From the human T2T-CHM13v2.0 reference genome, Homo sapiens: DNA of 64,000 nucleotides. Location of the stretch: NCBI RefSeq assembly GCF_009914755.1, contig NC_060934.1; one strand, 5' to 3'. Position numbers and translations under genes: made by a program. Of the stretch, positions 40,901-54,827 are shown piece by piece. Below the pieces are notes generated by a model that saw only the letters and a program-made list of their open reading frames with translations, was not told the DNA's origin and did not search any database. Position 1 is the stretch's first letter. Each line of letters begins with the position of its first letter.

Positions 40901-41630
40901 ACTTCCACACTCCTTAGTAAGTAACTACTAGTCCTACCCACGATGAGTGTCTTCCCATTGCCTTGGCTGCCCTGTCCTCTGCCTCTAGCCACGCACCCTC
41001 CTAGAACTCTCCATTGTCTATCAGCTGAAGGTCTAGGAGCGGCCTCTAAAATGCGGAAGACCACCATTCTGATTGCTTAGTACCTGTGCTGTGTTTGATG
41101 TTAGATATTTTTAATATCACCTTTGTGTATAAATATCTCATTGACTTCTCTCCCATAGGGAACATAATAAGTCTTCCATTAAACAGAACTTGTCCAAAGA
41201 ACTGTTATTCAATCAAAAGTATGTGAGTTCTGTCCTTTTAGAAAGGGAGACGTAATTCACAAGAAAAATCAAAATAAAAAATTTGTGAAAATACCTAATT
41301 TTCTGACATTCATTAATTCTCAGCCAGGCTCTTAGGCTATCTAAAAAGTCCTGACAAATGAGAATGAACCTGAGAATCATTTTTCTTGTCATTTGCTCAA
41401 AAGATTAATTTCCTGATATTCTAGGTTTAAAAAAAGAGGAGTAAGATGGTAAAATGTGAAGGAAATATCTGATGCTTGAAATAATTCAGAATTTGCCATG
41501 TTGGAGAGATATTTTAGAGATATCCCATAAAGGGTATTAGGATTTGACAACAATAAGAGTTGAAGAAGTGTTCTGATTCTACTAATAGAATCAAGGACAA
41601 AAGCCCTAGGGTCACAAGAAACCTGAATTC

Positions 41631-42187
41631 TGTTGACTAAAGAAAATAGCAATGTTTTAAAAAATTAACATATGTTTTATTAATTAATTAATTAATTAAT
41701 TAATGTGTTTATTCATTAAAGCTTGTTTTCAGAAGCCTTGAGGGCTATCAGTTGAGAACTACAGCCCTGGAAGCGCCCATCAGAGAGGTTCTGTCAGACG
41801 GCTCTGACACAGTATTCCAGCTCACAGCTTACACAAAGGTAGTGGAAGTTCAGTATGTGTTCAGAAGTTACATCAAATTTGTTCAGAAGTTACATTAAAG
41901 CAGAATCACCTAAAGTTTAGGTGCAAGAGTACATCTGGTTATAGATTACAGAGGCATAGTCACTAACTCTGTCAGACATTATCTTATGAGTAGGAAAAGG
42001 CAAGGACTAGGATTATATATCTTTTAAGGATGTAGTGACTTGGGAAAGAGACATGAGGGGCCAGGTGCTCTATCCTGCTTTGTCTTCAGAGCATTCTTCC
42101 ATAGAGCTGCTCATAGAGTCAGGGGCTGTGTGAAATTATGCTGGAGAGCAGAAGTGAGCAAACATAGGTTTGCTGCTTTGTCTCACA
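41631..42187 (-). mobile_element. Solo ERV1 LTR (LTR54-like) inserted in a MIR
   Basis: Reverse complement begins TGTGAGACAAAGCAGCAAA...ATGTTTGCTCACTTCTGCT...CAGCATAATTTCAC; TG...CA termini. Confidence 0.75.
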
Positions 42188-42189
42188 TT

Positions 42190-42410
42190 TTAAATCTCAG
42201 CTTTGCCATATATTTCACATATTCAAACTTAGGTAAGTCACTGAACCTAGATAAACCTGTTCCTTAATTGGTTAAGGACAATTAACCTTGTGGACAGACC
42301 AAGTTCTACTCTCAAAGGGTCTTTGGAGGGGGTTAAAAATAGACAATGTGTAGAGTACTGAGCACAGAGCTTGATGCAGATAAAGTTGACAATTATTAGC
42401 AGTTATTATT
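42190..42410 (+). mobile_element. MIR (continuation after LTR)
   Basis: AAATCTCAGCTTTGCCA...GGTAAGTCACTGAACC...CTGAGCACAGAGC. Confidence 0.65.
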
Positions 42411-44044
42411 AAATTGTTTTTATGCAACATTTATATTTCCTTTAATATATAAGTAATATATGCTTGTGTTTTTTGAAAAATTGAAAATATAAGGAAAGAA
42501 CATATAAAGAAACCATTATAACTTTATTATCCAGAGACTACCTCTTTTAAAATTTTGGTGTATATTTTTTAGACTATATTACAACTCTCTACTTTTTTTA
42601 AGTATCTACAAATGTTGTAAGCATTTGAATGTAATTTTAATGGGCAAAGTACATAATGCAATTCTTTGATGAGAAAAATTATTGATTTCCTAGTGACTCC
42701 TTAACGTAATGATTTGTTCAATGTGCTGTTCATCTGTAGCATATTTATTATAAGAATTGGAAGACAGGTGTCGGTAAACGCCAAATTTCATACAAACACC
42801 AAGAATTGTTTAGAAAGAACTTGTCCTGTGACTCTTCCCTGCCATTTTCCAGTTCCCATGGATCTATCAGCCTATTCGTTAGTTGCTTTTCATCATATCA
42901 GGAGGCTCATACTCAGCTGCAGGATGACAGTCTAGTCAGCATTTCCAAAAGGGCAAAAATCACTCAGGCCTCATCAGAGTGTGCACACACTCACACCCCC
43001 ACTGCCTGCGAAGAGTACTGCTGCAACCTGCTACAACCTATGTGCCAGTTTCACATGCAGCTATCTCTGAGTACAAACTGACAGTATTGAGGGATAGATG
43101 AGATGGTAGACTTCAGCAATAATCTACAAATATTTTGGCTAACAAGCTGATTATTCCCTATTTTGTTCAAACAAGCATACCATAACTGATCCATTTCAAA
43201 GACTAATTCAAGGGACTAATTTACACCTCGTATACTGATGCCACTGTTGCTCAGAATATTCTGGGAGAGATCTCTCTCTCTCTCTTTCTCTTGAAAGTAC
43301 CTTCAGAGGATTTTGTCTGCTATATAGTATTTTAACCATTTTCCAAAGTATTAAAAAACTTTTTGACATTGGAACTGACTATAAAACCAAAATCATTTAA
43401 AATGAGATTTCTTTGTTTAAAAATATACTTGATAATCTAAAGTCAAATCTGCCTTTACCTCCCTTCTCAAGGCTTCTTTGTAGACTGATTTAAATAGTCC
43501 TTTGTTAACACACTGTATACAAATGTAGGTTGTTTTTTACCATGTATGCCTTTACAGTCATAATATTTAGAAACCAGAAAATACTGTAATCACAAAGGAA
43601 TTTCATTTTGCCATTCTGTCCTACTCATGGATTTGAATATACTCTCTGTAAGAATGGCTTTCTCTGTAAGAATGTGGTTACAGAGAAAATTGCTCTGATA
43701 CTCTTTCCACATTATTTTGGCTTCATTCTGACTACTACCTGATATTTTTGGAGGCTGTTCCAAGCTTTGGAAAGAAATGTGTCAACTCTAGGCTTCAGCT
43801 ACAATTGGAGTCATCTTCCCAGGACTCCATCCTTGCAAGCCCTACCACATCATGTGAGCTGGGAACCTGCAAGGTGGAAGCTACCATTCTGAGAAACTCT
43901 TGGGGAATGGGGATACTTCTAGGGCTGCCTTCACGATTAATGTTGGGGTTTTTGGTTTGCTGAGAATTCACACAATCTGGAAATACAGTTGTCACCTCAA
44001 AGAACAAGCAGTTACTTTTCATCTCCTGCATGTTTCATTGAGTG

Positions 44045-44242
44045 CAGTCAAGGTTTCTTGAATTGTGGCCCGTGAACCATTTACATAAGAACTCTTTGTC
44101 CTTACCTCAGACCCACTACATCAGAATCTCTGGAATTATAGACCATGAATGTTACTGTGTGTGTGCTGTTTTGGTTTTGTTTTTGTTTTTGCAGTTTCTC
44201 CTAGTGATTCTTATGCATTCTAAAATTGGAGAATCATAGTGT
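44045..44242. mobile_element. MER5B-like
   Basis: CAGACCCACTACATCAGAATCTCTGG...GTGATTCTTATGCATTCTAAAATTGGAGAATCA. Confidence 0.65.
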
Positions 44243-44699
44243 GATGGATTCTTTAAGCCTGACTTCTAGGGCACCATAGGAACTAGACCTGATAATTTGT
44301 CAATGTAAAGTTGTGTTGAGCTGGAAGGTGCATTTATGTCATGTGTTTCATTCTTCGTTAGGATCAAGTAGGAAGGAAATCATGAGGACATCAAGGCAAC
44401 ATCAAACCCACATTCTTTCTTCTTAATATACTCACTTTCCTGTGTTCCCTTGGTTCTAGATACCTTTGGTCACTCAAATACATAGCTTTAAAGATGAATT
44501 CATTTATTCGACAACTATTAATCAGCCCCTGGCAAGACCTGGATCTCGTGCTTGTCAACAACAGCATGGAGATTAATGAAATTGGATGCTTCACATCAAA
44601 GAGTTTAGAATCGAATCCTTTCTTCCTGGTGCCCCCCAGCAATGGCTGGAGAACAAACACCCTATTCCAAACAAAGAAATTCTAGAAATCTCCTAGTTC

Positions 44700-44898
44700 A
44701 CTGGTTTTACACTGTGTTTCTTAGAGTTCTGAGGTGCCTCAATGTTCCCCTGGGGATGTGTGGGTGGCAGGTCAAGTTGGCTCTGTACAACTACTTCCCC
44801 TTCAACCATAACAGCTCCGTTTTTCTATATTTATTTTTATTACATTTCCACACAAGATTTCAGCTAAGACAAGATAAAAAGTTTATAAAACAACAGTG
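44700..44898. mobile_element. MER103C-like hAT element
   Basis: GAGGTGCCTCA...CTTCAACCATAACAGCTCCGTTTTT...AAGATTTC...AAAAAGTTT. Confidence 0.55.
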
Positions 44899-47027
44899 TA
44901 GAATTGACACATTTCCAAATATTTATCTCCAACAAAGTTTCCAACTCTATATTCAACTCTCCCCTTCTTGACTTCTTTCAGTGTTTCTGGCAAATCAGAG
45001 AAAATATGCCTCAAATTGGTGCTTACGTGCAAAACCTCTTTCCCCACCAGCTAAGCTTTATAAAGGTATTTGCCCTCAAGTGAGCTGGAAGCAATAGAAA
45101 TCTTAACTTTCAGGGAAAAGACTGCCCTATTATATTACTTGGAAGAAGAAGTTTTTGGGACCGTGTCAAGCCACACAGGTGATATTTGAAGCTACCAATG
45201 TTAATTTTCTGATGTCCTGAATTATCCCTCTCCTTCCAACCTGCTCCAATTTTTCTTGGTCTAGGCCAATCTCTTTGCTTAACTCTGTGTTGAACTGTGA
45301 ATCAACACCAAATTCCATTTTCCAAAATAATGTTTGCCTTTCACATCAAGAGCCTAGCTTCAAGTTCGTTCAATTGTTCACAGGAACCTAGATGTTGAAA
45401 AAGAACAAGAGACTCTTTGGCATCAGTGAATCATGTATAAATATGTATGCTTCTATCAACATACACATTTAGACACAGAAGACCCGTGCTTCCTGGGAGA
45501 CCACATTTTAAGATAGGAGTAGGAAAGGAGACCATTCGGGGTTGTAAACACAGGTTTCCTGGAGAGGATGGTTATTTCCAAATCCCAGTGGATGAAAATA
45601 GCATCATAATCTGGCTGCATGACAACCAATAGGCTGGGCTGTCTTCACTCTAGCCACCTATAACTCCATAGGTCAATAGAAGGCCAATGTAAAGTTTACA
45701 GGAGTGCAATGTAAAGTTTACATTAGGCTCCTATCACATTTCTATTTATATCCCAGGGTAACAATGTAAACACCCCATGTTTACATTGGGGTGTGAATAT
45801 CTGCTTGGTCTTGAGGTAGTCCTTGTTGAAGCAATTCTTAATAGACAATGATTGAAGTTCCTCCCACTTACTGTTTATGTTGGCACTTGCAGTTGAGATA
45901 AAGGGCTGTTAATATAGAAAGGGCTGTTTCTGGATAAGGCTGCTTACACTGTTATGAATTTACTCTACTGGAATGGTCACTCAACTATAATTAGTCTAGA
46001 AACACTATAATAATTTGGAGAGGTTTTAAATGTTATCCATCTTTGGGTTTAGGACTAGAGAAAGCAAAGGATTTAAATCTCCATGACCTCCAAATGGATA
46101 CAGAAGTTGCTATGGGGATCCTGAATTGAAAGTGAAAATGTTTTGTGAACTTGGACATCTTGTTTGACATTTTCAGCTTCAGGCTCCAGATGACTTGTTT
46201 GCTAGATGAAAAATTGTCTATCAATCCAAACTCACAAGGTTATAATATATATAAACATTCCTGACTGGAAAGCATTCTATAAAACTGAGGTAACTAAATC
46301 AAATCATTAACTGGGCCCAACCCAGGCCCTAGACCTTCTCAGTTGCACCAAAAGTGTTTCTACTGCTTGCACTCCCTTGAGTACAAACACCTTTATTAAA
46401 ACCTAGCTGGTAGGAAGGGCCTCTATACCACAGCATTTAGGGAGCTGTCCTAGCGAAGAAAGAAATAAGCCTAAATGAAAAGTATTCATGTTCTCTAATT
46501 TATCTCTTAATTTTACTTCCTCCCATATATGGATGAAGTCATATCTCACAGCCAAAAGCACAGAGTGGTGCTAATCTGCATTTTCTGGAAAATAAGACAT
46601 GAAAGGGCTTCTTTCTTTGAACACTGCCTCTAAGTCTTTAAATGGTTTAAACACTCACAAGTGCATTAAGGCAATTTGTCAAGACAAACTCAAAGGCAGT
46701 AGTTCACTTTTTGCCTGTTTTGGCCTCTTCCTGCCAAATCCAGCCAATTTCTTTCACGGTAATTTTTGGAAGCTGGCAGGCAGGTAGAAGCATGTGGAAA
46801 GCAAATACTCAACTAATAGAACAAATGCAGGCATATGAATTACCATGACATTGAGAAAGTCCCACCACATGGTGAGAGGTGGTGTGATCAGACAGATTCC
46901 TTTAGGTCATTTACTCAGATTTATAAAAGCATTGAAAGCAACTCCAGAATGATTGAAAGAAGGCTGAGGTGAGGATATGGTTATCAGTAAAATCTTCTTG
47001 ACTCTGAACAAAACACATTACAGGATC

Positions 47028-47160
47028 CAGGGCCTCCTCATATAGCTCTGCAAGTTGAGCACTCCACATCTCTAGGGGGTGCCATTCACATTACCGCCTA
47101 CAAAAATGACACTCCCTGGAGTTGTTCAATGTACAACCTGCATGGCTGTACATGGCTGAC
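47028..47160. mobile_element. MER91A-like hAT-Tip100 palindromic element
   Basis: CAGGGCC...CTAGGGGGTGCCATTCACAT...CCCTGGAGTTGTTCAATGTACAACCTGCA imperfect palindrome. Confidence 0.75.
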
Positions 47161-47229
47161 TTAGAGAGCATATTATTGGAGAGAGGAGAGAGGAGGTGAT
47201 GGGTGGGGAAAAAACGCTTTACTTACAAA

Positions 47230-47430
47230 CTGAATTTGTACCCTGGTTTTCCACATACACTCTGGGTAGTTATGGGTAAGTCATGTAATCTCTCTGAACC
47301 TCAATTTCCTCCTTTGGCAATTGTGAAAAAGATTCTATAAGGTTGCTGGGTTAATGAGGGCTAAATGAGATGGTGTAGACAAAAGTGCCTGATAAATGGA
47401 AGGAACTTATTAAATAATATTTATTTGTAA
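47230..47430 (+). mobile_element. MIR
   Basis: GGGTAAGTCATGTAATCTCTCTGAACCTCAATTTCCTC...CTAAATGAGAT. Confidence 0.75.
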
Positions 47431-47509
47431 TGACTTGCAGGCTGCCAAGCAGATACTGGAGGAGGCAGGCATCCTTTATTTAAAAGAAGAAAAATAAGAA
47501 TAAGGAAAA

Positions 47510-47690
47510 TACCCCATATTTAAATGGTGCTTTATGTATTACCCTCAAAATAACCTTTTTAGTAGGTACTATAGTAGTTTGATGGTGCAGATTAGTTATG
47601 TCACTTTTTCATAGTCACAAAGTTAGTAGGTGAAAAAGCTAAAACTCAAATCCCTTCTTTTCATTAGAAGTCCAGTGTTCTATCTCTAAA
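47510..47690 (-). mobile_element. MIR
   Basis: AGTAGGTACTAT, GTCACAAAGTTAGTAGGTG. Confidence 0.5.
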
Positions 47691-48374
47691 TGATTTAGCA
47701 AGAAACAGAGGAGGTTGCAGAAGGCATTTGAATAAAGCTCTATTGGCCAACTGGGGTTGACTACTGAGCTTCCTTGGCAATGGCTTTTACAGGACTAACT
47801 AAAATCTTTTTAAGATATATCCTTTCTTCTCATCAGCCACCTTGGGACTGCTTTTGTATAATCCAGGGATAGGAAAAGAGAAATCAGCTCTAAGACCACA
47901 CATGACTACCAAGATGGAAACAGAAACATGTGAAATTTAAATGATGCCTCCAAGCTAAATTACTTTTGTTTTGCAAGAAAATATGTTTTGTGCTTTCGTC
48001 TAATAATAGATATACTTGATATGCTATGATTTGAACCAGTTCAACAACTGCTACGACAAAGGCTCAGTTTCCAAGGGAGCTTGCAATTTAATCATATTCC
48101 TCTGTGTGACCTTACTCTAAGTTCAAATCCCCCCTCCACACCTAAAATAACATACTAGTTAAAATTGAGAGCACTGCAGCCTCATGTTTGGGTTTTTATT
48201 CTGCTATATAAAACTTTGTGTGAGGTTCTTCACCACTTTGTGCCTCCATTTTTTTCTCCTCTTTAAAAATAAGATGGCATTTACTGAATAAGCTTTTAAC
48301 AGTGAAGGAGTTTACATGTAAAAAAGCAAGTAGAAGAATGGTTGTCACACAGTAGTTGCTTGGTAAATCAGGAG

Positions 48375-49114
48375 TGCATTATGATCCTAAGTTTTTGTAT
48401 ACCTCATGTAAAAATATACCTCACAGAGTTCAAAATAAATGAAGCAAAAATTGATAAAACTAAAAGAAGAAACAGACACATCTACAATTATAATCGGAGA
48501 TTTCCAAAACCCACTTTCAATAATTGAGAGAACAAGTAGAAAGAAAATACGGATATAAGAAACATGGAATACACTTCAATCAACTTGATGTACTAAACAA
48601 CTACAGAATACTTCATCCAAGAAGAGAATACATATTCTTTGCAAGTATTGTTATAGATTGAATGTTTGTTTCCACTCCAAAAACAAAAAAAAAAATTATT
48701 TTGGAGCCCTAAGTATTGAAGCTCTAACCCCCAATGTGATAGTATTTGGAGGTGGAGCCTTTGGGAGACAATTAAGTTTAGATGAGGTCATGAGAGTGGG
48801 GCTCCCATGATGGAATTTGTGTTCTTCTAAGAAGAGGAAGAGTGACCATCGCTTGCCCTCTCAGCATCATGTGAGAAGGTGGTTGTCTGCAAGCCAGGAA
48901 GGGGACCCTCACCAGAAACTGAATTGGCCAGCACCTCATAGCCTCCAGAACTATGAGAAATAAATATCTATTGTTTAAGCCAGCCAATCTATAGTATTTT
49001 GTTATAGCAGCCCAAGCTGACTCATACAGGCACACGTGAAACATTTTCCAAGATAGATCATATTCTCAACCACAAACAGCCTTCAGAAATTTTAAATTAT
49101 TCAAAACATACAAA
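48375..49114 (+). mobile_element. Outer old L1M, ORF2 endonuclease part (left half)
   Basis: GAAGCAAAAATTGATA...GGAGATTT...ACTTTCAATAATTGA...AAGATAGATCATATT; resumes at 56545. Confidence 0.75.
48649..49028 (+). mobile_element. MLT1A0-like solo LTR
   Basis: TGTTATAGATTGAATGTTTGT...CCCCAATGTGATAGTATTTGGAGGTGG...GCCTCCAGAACTATGAGAAATAAAT...CAGCCCAAGCTGACTCATACA. Confidence 0.88.
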
Positions 49115-49872
49115 GTAGGAGTTGAAATGGAGGGTAAGAAACTCAAAAAATTATCCCTTCTTAAAGGTAACGGAAAAACTATCAAAAACTATCAGAATCA
49201 ACTTTTATTGGAACTTTGGAAACTAAACAAAAGCTTGCAAGAACCAGGAAAATGCTTAATGAATAAAAATTGGCTGACTCTCAATAAGAACAGATAACTT
49301 TTTGTCCTTTTAATTTACCCTGGCTTCATGCCCCATTTCCCATCTCAACAGTTGCCTTAAAGATAACATTCTGCATTCCTATTACAGGTACTGGTAATGG
49401 CAGGAGCAGAATGCACTTTGTTCCCAAAGAACTTTGGTCATTTGTTATGACCAGTTTGGTGTCTGCTTGGAGGATAAGCCCAAAAAGCCTGCCTTTATCT
49501 AACCTAATTTGGATTCACCCAGTGCTGCTGCTTGGGCAATAGATAGCAATTGGGCAAGCAATTAACTAACCGAAACCTTGGGAGGAAAGACTTGAAAGGA
49601 AAAGCTTAGGAGAAGCTGTCTCAAAAAAAAAAAGACAAATATTTTTATAAGAGACAAAAATGATTGGATTATGATAAAAGATTCAATTCTTCAAGAAGAT
49701 ATAGCTATTCAACACACATATGCACCTAGCACAGATCCCCAAAACGTGTGAAGCAAAAACTGACAGAATTGAAGGGAGAAACAGTTTAACAATAACTTCA
49801 AAACCCCACTTTAAATAATGGACAGAATAATTAGATGGAAGATCAGCAGGGAAATACAAGACTTTTTACCTT

Positions 49873-52800
49873 TTAAAAAATTATTTCCATATGTTTTTTG
49901 AGGAAAAGGTGGTATTTGGTTACATGACTAAGTTATTTAGTGGTGATTTATGAGATTTTGGTGCACCTATCACCTGAACAGTATACACTGAACCCAATTT
50001 GTAGTCTTTTATCCCTCACCCCCTTCCCACCCTTTCCCCCCCACCTCCAGAGTCCCCAAAGTCCATTGTATCATTCTTATGCCTCTGCATCCTCATAGCT
50101 TAGCACCCACTTATGAGTGAGAACATGCAATGTTGGGTTTTCCATTCCTGAGTTACTTCACTTAGAATAATAGTCTCCAATTCCATCCAAGTTGCTGTGA
50201 ATGTCATTAACTCATTCCTTTTTCTGGCAGAGTAATGTTCCATCATATATGTATATACCACAGTTTCTTTATCCACTAATTGATTGATGGGCATTTGGGT
50301 TTGTTCCACATTTTTGCAATTACGAATTGTGCTGCTATAAACTTGCGTGTGCAAGTATCTTTTCTGTATGACTTCTTGTCCTCTGGGCAGATACCCAGTA
50401 GTGGGGTTGCTGAAACAAATGGTAGTTCTACTTTTAGTTCTTTGTTGTACTAGTCTACATTACCACCAACAATGTAGAAGTGTTCCCTTTTCACCTTATC
50501 CACGCCAGCATCTATTATTTTTTTATTTTTTGATTATGGCTATCTTTGCAGGAGTAAGGTGGTATTGCATTATGGTTTTGACTTGCTTTTCCCTCATCAT
50601 TCCTGATGTTGAGCATGTTTTCATATGTTTGTTGGCCATTTGTATATCTTCTTTTGAGAATTATCTATTTATGCCCTTAGCCCACTTTTTGATGGGATTG
50701 TTTGTTTTTATCTTGCTAATTAGTTTGAACTCCTTGTAGATTCTGGGTATTAGTCCTTTGTCAGATGTATAGATTATGAATATTTTCTCCCACTTTTTGG
50801 GTTGTCTATTGACTCTGATGACTATTCCTTTGGCCATGCAGAAGCTCTTCAGTTTAATTAAGTTGCACCTATTTATCTTTGTTTTTATTGCATTTGTTTT
50901 TGGGTTCTTCGTCATGAAATCTTTGCCTAAGCCAATATCTAAAACGGTTTTTCCATGTTATCTTCTAGAATGTTTATAGTTTCAGGCCTCAGATTTAAGT
51001 CCTTGATCCATCTTGAGTTGATTTTTTTTTAAGATGAGAGATGAGGATCCAGTTTCATTCCCTACATGTGGCTGGCCAATTATCTCAGCACTATTTGTTG
51101 AATAGGGTGTCCTTTCCCCACTTTATGTTTTTGCTTGCTTTGTCGAAGATTTGTTGGCTGTAATATCTGGGTCTATTTCTGGGTTCTCTATTTTGTTCCA
51201 TTCACCTATGTGCCCATTTTTATGCCAGCACTATGGTATTTGGTGACTATGGCCTTATAGTGTAATTTGAAGTTGGGTAATATGATGCCTCCAGATTTGT
51301 TCTTTTTGCTAAATCTTACTTTGGCTACGAGAGATCTTTATTGCTTCCATATGAATTTTAGGATTGTTTTTTCTAGTTCTGTGAAGAATGGTAGTGGTAT
51401 TTTGGTGGGAATTGCCTTGAATTTGTAGCTTGCTTTTGGCAGCATGATCATTTTCGCAATATCGATTCTACCCATCCATGAGTATGGGATGTGTTTCCAT
51501 TTGTTTGTGTCATCTATGATTTCTTTAAGCAGTGTTTTGTAGTTTTCCTTGCAGAGGTCTTCCACCTCCTTGGTTAGGTATATTTCTAAGTACTTTATTT
51601 TTTTGTAGCTATTGTAAAAGGGGTTGAGTTCTTGATTTGATTCTCAGCTTGATTGCTGTTGGTGTATAGCAGAGCTACTGATTTGTACTGATTTGTATAT
51701 TAATTTTGTATCCTGAAACTTTACTGAATTTATTAGTTCAAGGAGCTTTTTGGAGGAGTCTTCAGGGTTTTCTAGGTGTACGATCATATAATCAGCAAAC
51801 AGCTACAGTTTGACTTCCTCTTTACTGATTTGGATACCCCTGATTTCTTTCTCTTGTCTGATTGCTCTGGCTAGGACTTCCAGCGTGATGTTGAATAGAA
51901 GTGGTGACAGTGGGCATCCTTGTCTTGTTCCAGTTCTCAGAAGGAATGATTTTAACTTTTTCCCATTCAGTATTATGTTGGCTGTTGGTTTGTCATAGAT
52001 GGCATTTATTACATTGAGGGATGTCCCTTGTATGCTGATATTGCTGAGGATTTTAGTCATAAACTGTGATGGTTAATACTGAGTGTCAACTTGATTGGAT
52101 TGAAGGATGCAAAGTATTGATCCTGGGTGTGTCTTTGAGGGTGTTGCCACAGGAGATTAACATTTGAGTCAGTGGGCTGGGAAAAGCAGATTCACCCTTA
52201 ATCTGGGTGGTCGAAATCTAATCATCTGCCAGCACAGCCAGAATAAAAAGCAGGCAGAAGAACGTGAAAAGACGAGACTGGCTTAGCCTCTCAGCCTACA
52301 TCTTTCTCCCATTGTAATATCTTGTAATGTCTCCTGTTTCATTTCTAATTGAGCTTATTTGGATCTTCTCTCTTCTTTTCTTGGTTAATCTTGCTAATGG
52401 TCTATCCATTTTATTTATTTTTATATATGTGTATATAAAGTACATATATATGTGTGTATGTATATATGTGTGTATATATATATAAAGGGGAGTTTATATA
52501 TAAACTAATATATATAAACTAATATATATATTAGTTTGTGTATATATACATAAAGGGGTATATTATATATATGTAGTGTACATATATATATTATTGTGTG
52601 CATATATATATATATAAAGGGGAGTTTATATATAAACTAATATATATATTAGTTGTGTCCCTCTAGAGAACCCTGACTGATACATAAAGTGATGCTAGAT
52701 TTTGTCTAATGCTTTTTCTGCATCCATTAAGATGATCATGTGATTTTTGTTTTTAATTCTTTTTATGTGGTATATCACAATGATTGACTTGTGTACGTTA

Positions 52801-54364
52801 AACCATCCCTGCATCTCTGGTATGAAACCCACTTGATCATGGTGGATTATCTTTTTGATATGCTGTTGGATTCAGTTAGCTAGTATTTTGTTAAGAATTT
52901 TTGCATGTTTGTTCATCAGGGATATTGGTCTGTAGTTTTCTTTTTTTGTTATGTCCTTTCCTGGTTTTGGTATTAGGGTGATACTGGCTTCATAGAATAA
53001 TTTAGGGAGAATTCCCTCTTTCTTTATCTTGTGGAATAGTGTCAATAGGATTGGTAACGATTCATCTTTGAATGTCTGGTAGAATTTAGCTGTGAATCTA
53101 TCTGGTCCTGAATTTTTTTGTTGGTAATTTTTTTATTACCATTTCAATCTCGCTGCGAGTTGTTGGTATGTTCAGGGTTTCTAACTCTTCCTGATTTAAG
53201 CTAGGAGGATTGTATCTTTCCAAGAATTTATCCATCACCTCTAAGTTTTTTAGTTTATGTGCATAAAGTTGTTCATAGTAGCCTTAAATGATCTTTTGTA
53301 TTTCTGTGGTGTCAATTGTAATATCTCCCATTTCATTTCTAATTGAGCTTATTTGGATCTTCTCTCTTCTTTTCTTGGTTAATCTTGCTAATGGTATATC
53401 AATTTTATTTATCTTTTCAAAGAACCAGCTTTTTGTTTCATTTATCTTTTGTATTTTTTTGTTTGCTTCAGTTTCATTTAGTTCTGTTCTGATGTTGGTT
53501 ATTTCCTTTCTTCTGCTGGGTTTCAGTTTGTTTTGTTCTTGTTTCTCTAGTTCCTTGTGGTGTGACCTTAGATTGTCTATTTGTGCCCTTTCAGACTTTT
53601 TGATGTAGGCATTTAAGGCTATGAACATTCGTCTTAGCACTGCTTTGCTGTATCCCAGAGGTTTTGATAGGTTTTGTCACTATTATTGTTCAGTTGGAAG
53701 AATTTTTTAATTTCCATCTTGATTTCATTGTTGACCCAATGATCATTCAGGAACAGGTTATTTAATTTCCATGTATTAGCATGGTTTTGGAGGTTCCTTT
53801 TGGAGTTGATTTTCAGTTTTATTCCACTGTGGTCTGAGAGAGTATTTGATGTAATTTCAATTTTCTTAAATTTATTGAGACTTGTTTTGTGGCCTATCAT
53901 ATGGTCTATCTTGGAGAAAGTTCTATGCACTGAAGAATAGAATGTATATTCTTCAGTTGTTGGGTAGAATGTTCTGTAAATATCTGTTAAGTCCATTTGT
54001 TTCAGGGTGTAGTTTAAATCCATTGTTTCTTTGTTGACTTTTTGTATTGATGACCTGTCTAGTGCTCTCAGTAGAGTATTAAAGCCCCCCGCTATTATTA
54101 GGTTGCTGTCTGTCTCATTTCTTAGGTCTAGTAGTAACTGTTTTATAAATTTGGGAACTCCAGTGTTAGGTGCATATACATTTAGGAATTTAGGATTGTG
54201 ATATTTTCGTGTTGGACAAGGCCTTCTGTCATTATATAATGTCTCTCTTTGTCTTTTTTAACTGCTGTTGCTTTAAAGTTTGTTATGTCTGATATAAGAA
54301 TAGCTACTCCTGTTTGCTTTTGGTGTCCATTCATATAGAATGTCTTTTTCCCTCCCTTTACCTT
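49873..54364 (-). mobile_element. L1PB1-like element, 5'-truncated near the start of ORF2, degenerate
   Basis: 3' end GGTGGTATTTGGTTACATG...GATTTTGGTGCACC...GAGTCCCCAAAGTCCATTG; multiple ORF2 peptide ORFs (50661, 51338, 51803 [15 protein letters not shown], 53284, 53634) broken by stops and frameshifts. Confidence 0.93.
52065..52684 (+). mobile_element. MLT2A1-like (ERVL) solo LTR, internally rearranged
   Basis: TGTGATGGTTAATACTGAGTGTCAACTTGATTGGATTGAAGG start, GTCCCTCTAGAGAACCCTGACTGATACA end, TSD TAAAC/TAAAG. Confidence 0.9.
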
Positions 54365-54601
54365 CCAAAGATTAAAGTTATGTGAAATATATTTTCTGCC
54401 CACAAAAGAATTAAATTAGAAACCAATAACAAAAAAATTTAAAAATTCACAAATATGTGCAAATTAAATAATGTTTGTTAATTACCAATAGGTCAAAGAA
54501 GAAACCACATGGGAACCAGAAAATTATTTGAGATGAAAAAAAATGGAAGCATGACATGCCAAAGTTATCATACGCAGCAAGAGTGCTCATAGGGAAAATT
54601 A

Positions 54602-54827
<226 letters not shown>

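Noticed and set aside
43170-43500. Possible MARNA/mariner relic
   Set aside because: Only one short diverged motif (GATGCCACTGTTGCTCAGAATATT) recognised; not enough to call.
50100-54403. L1 ORF2-like ORFs as a functional gene
   Set aside because: Fragmented by stops, frameshifts and an LTR insertion; 5'-truncated dead L1PB1.
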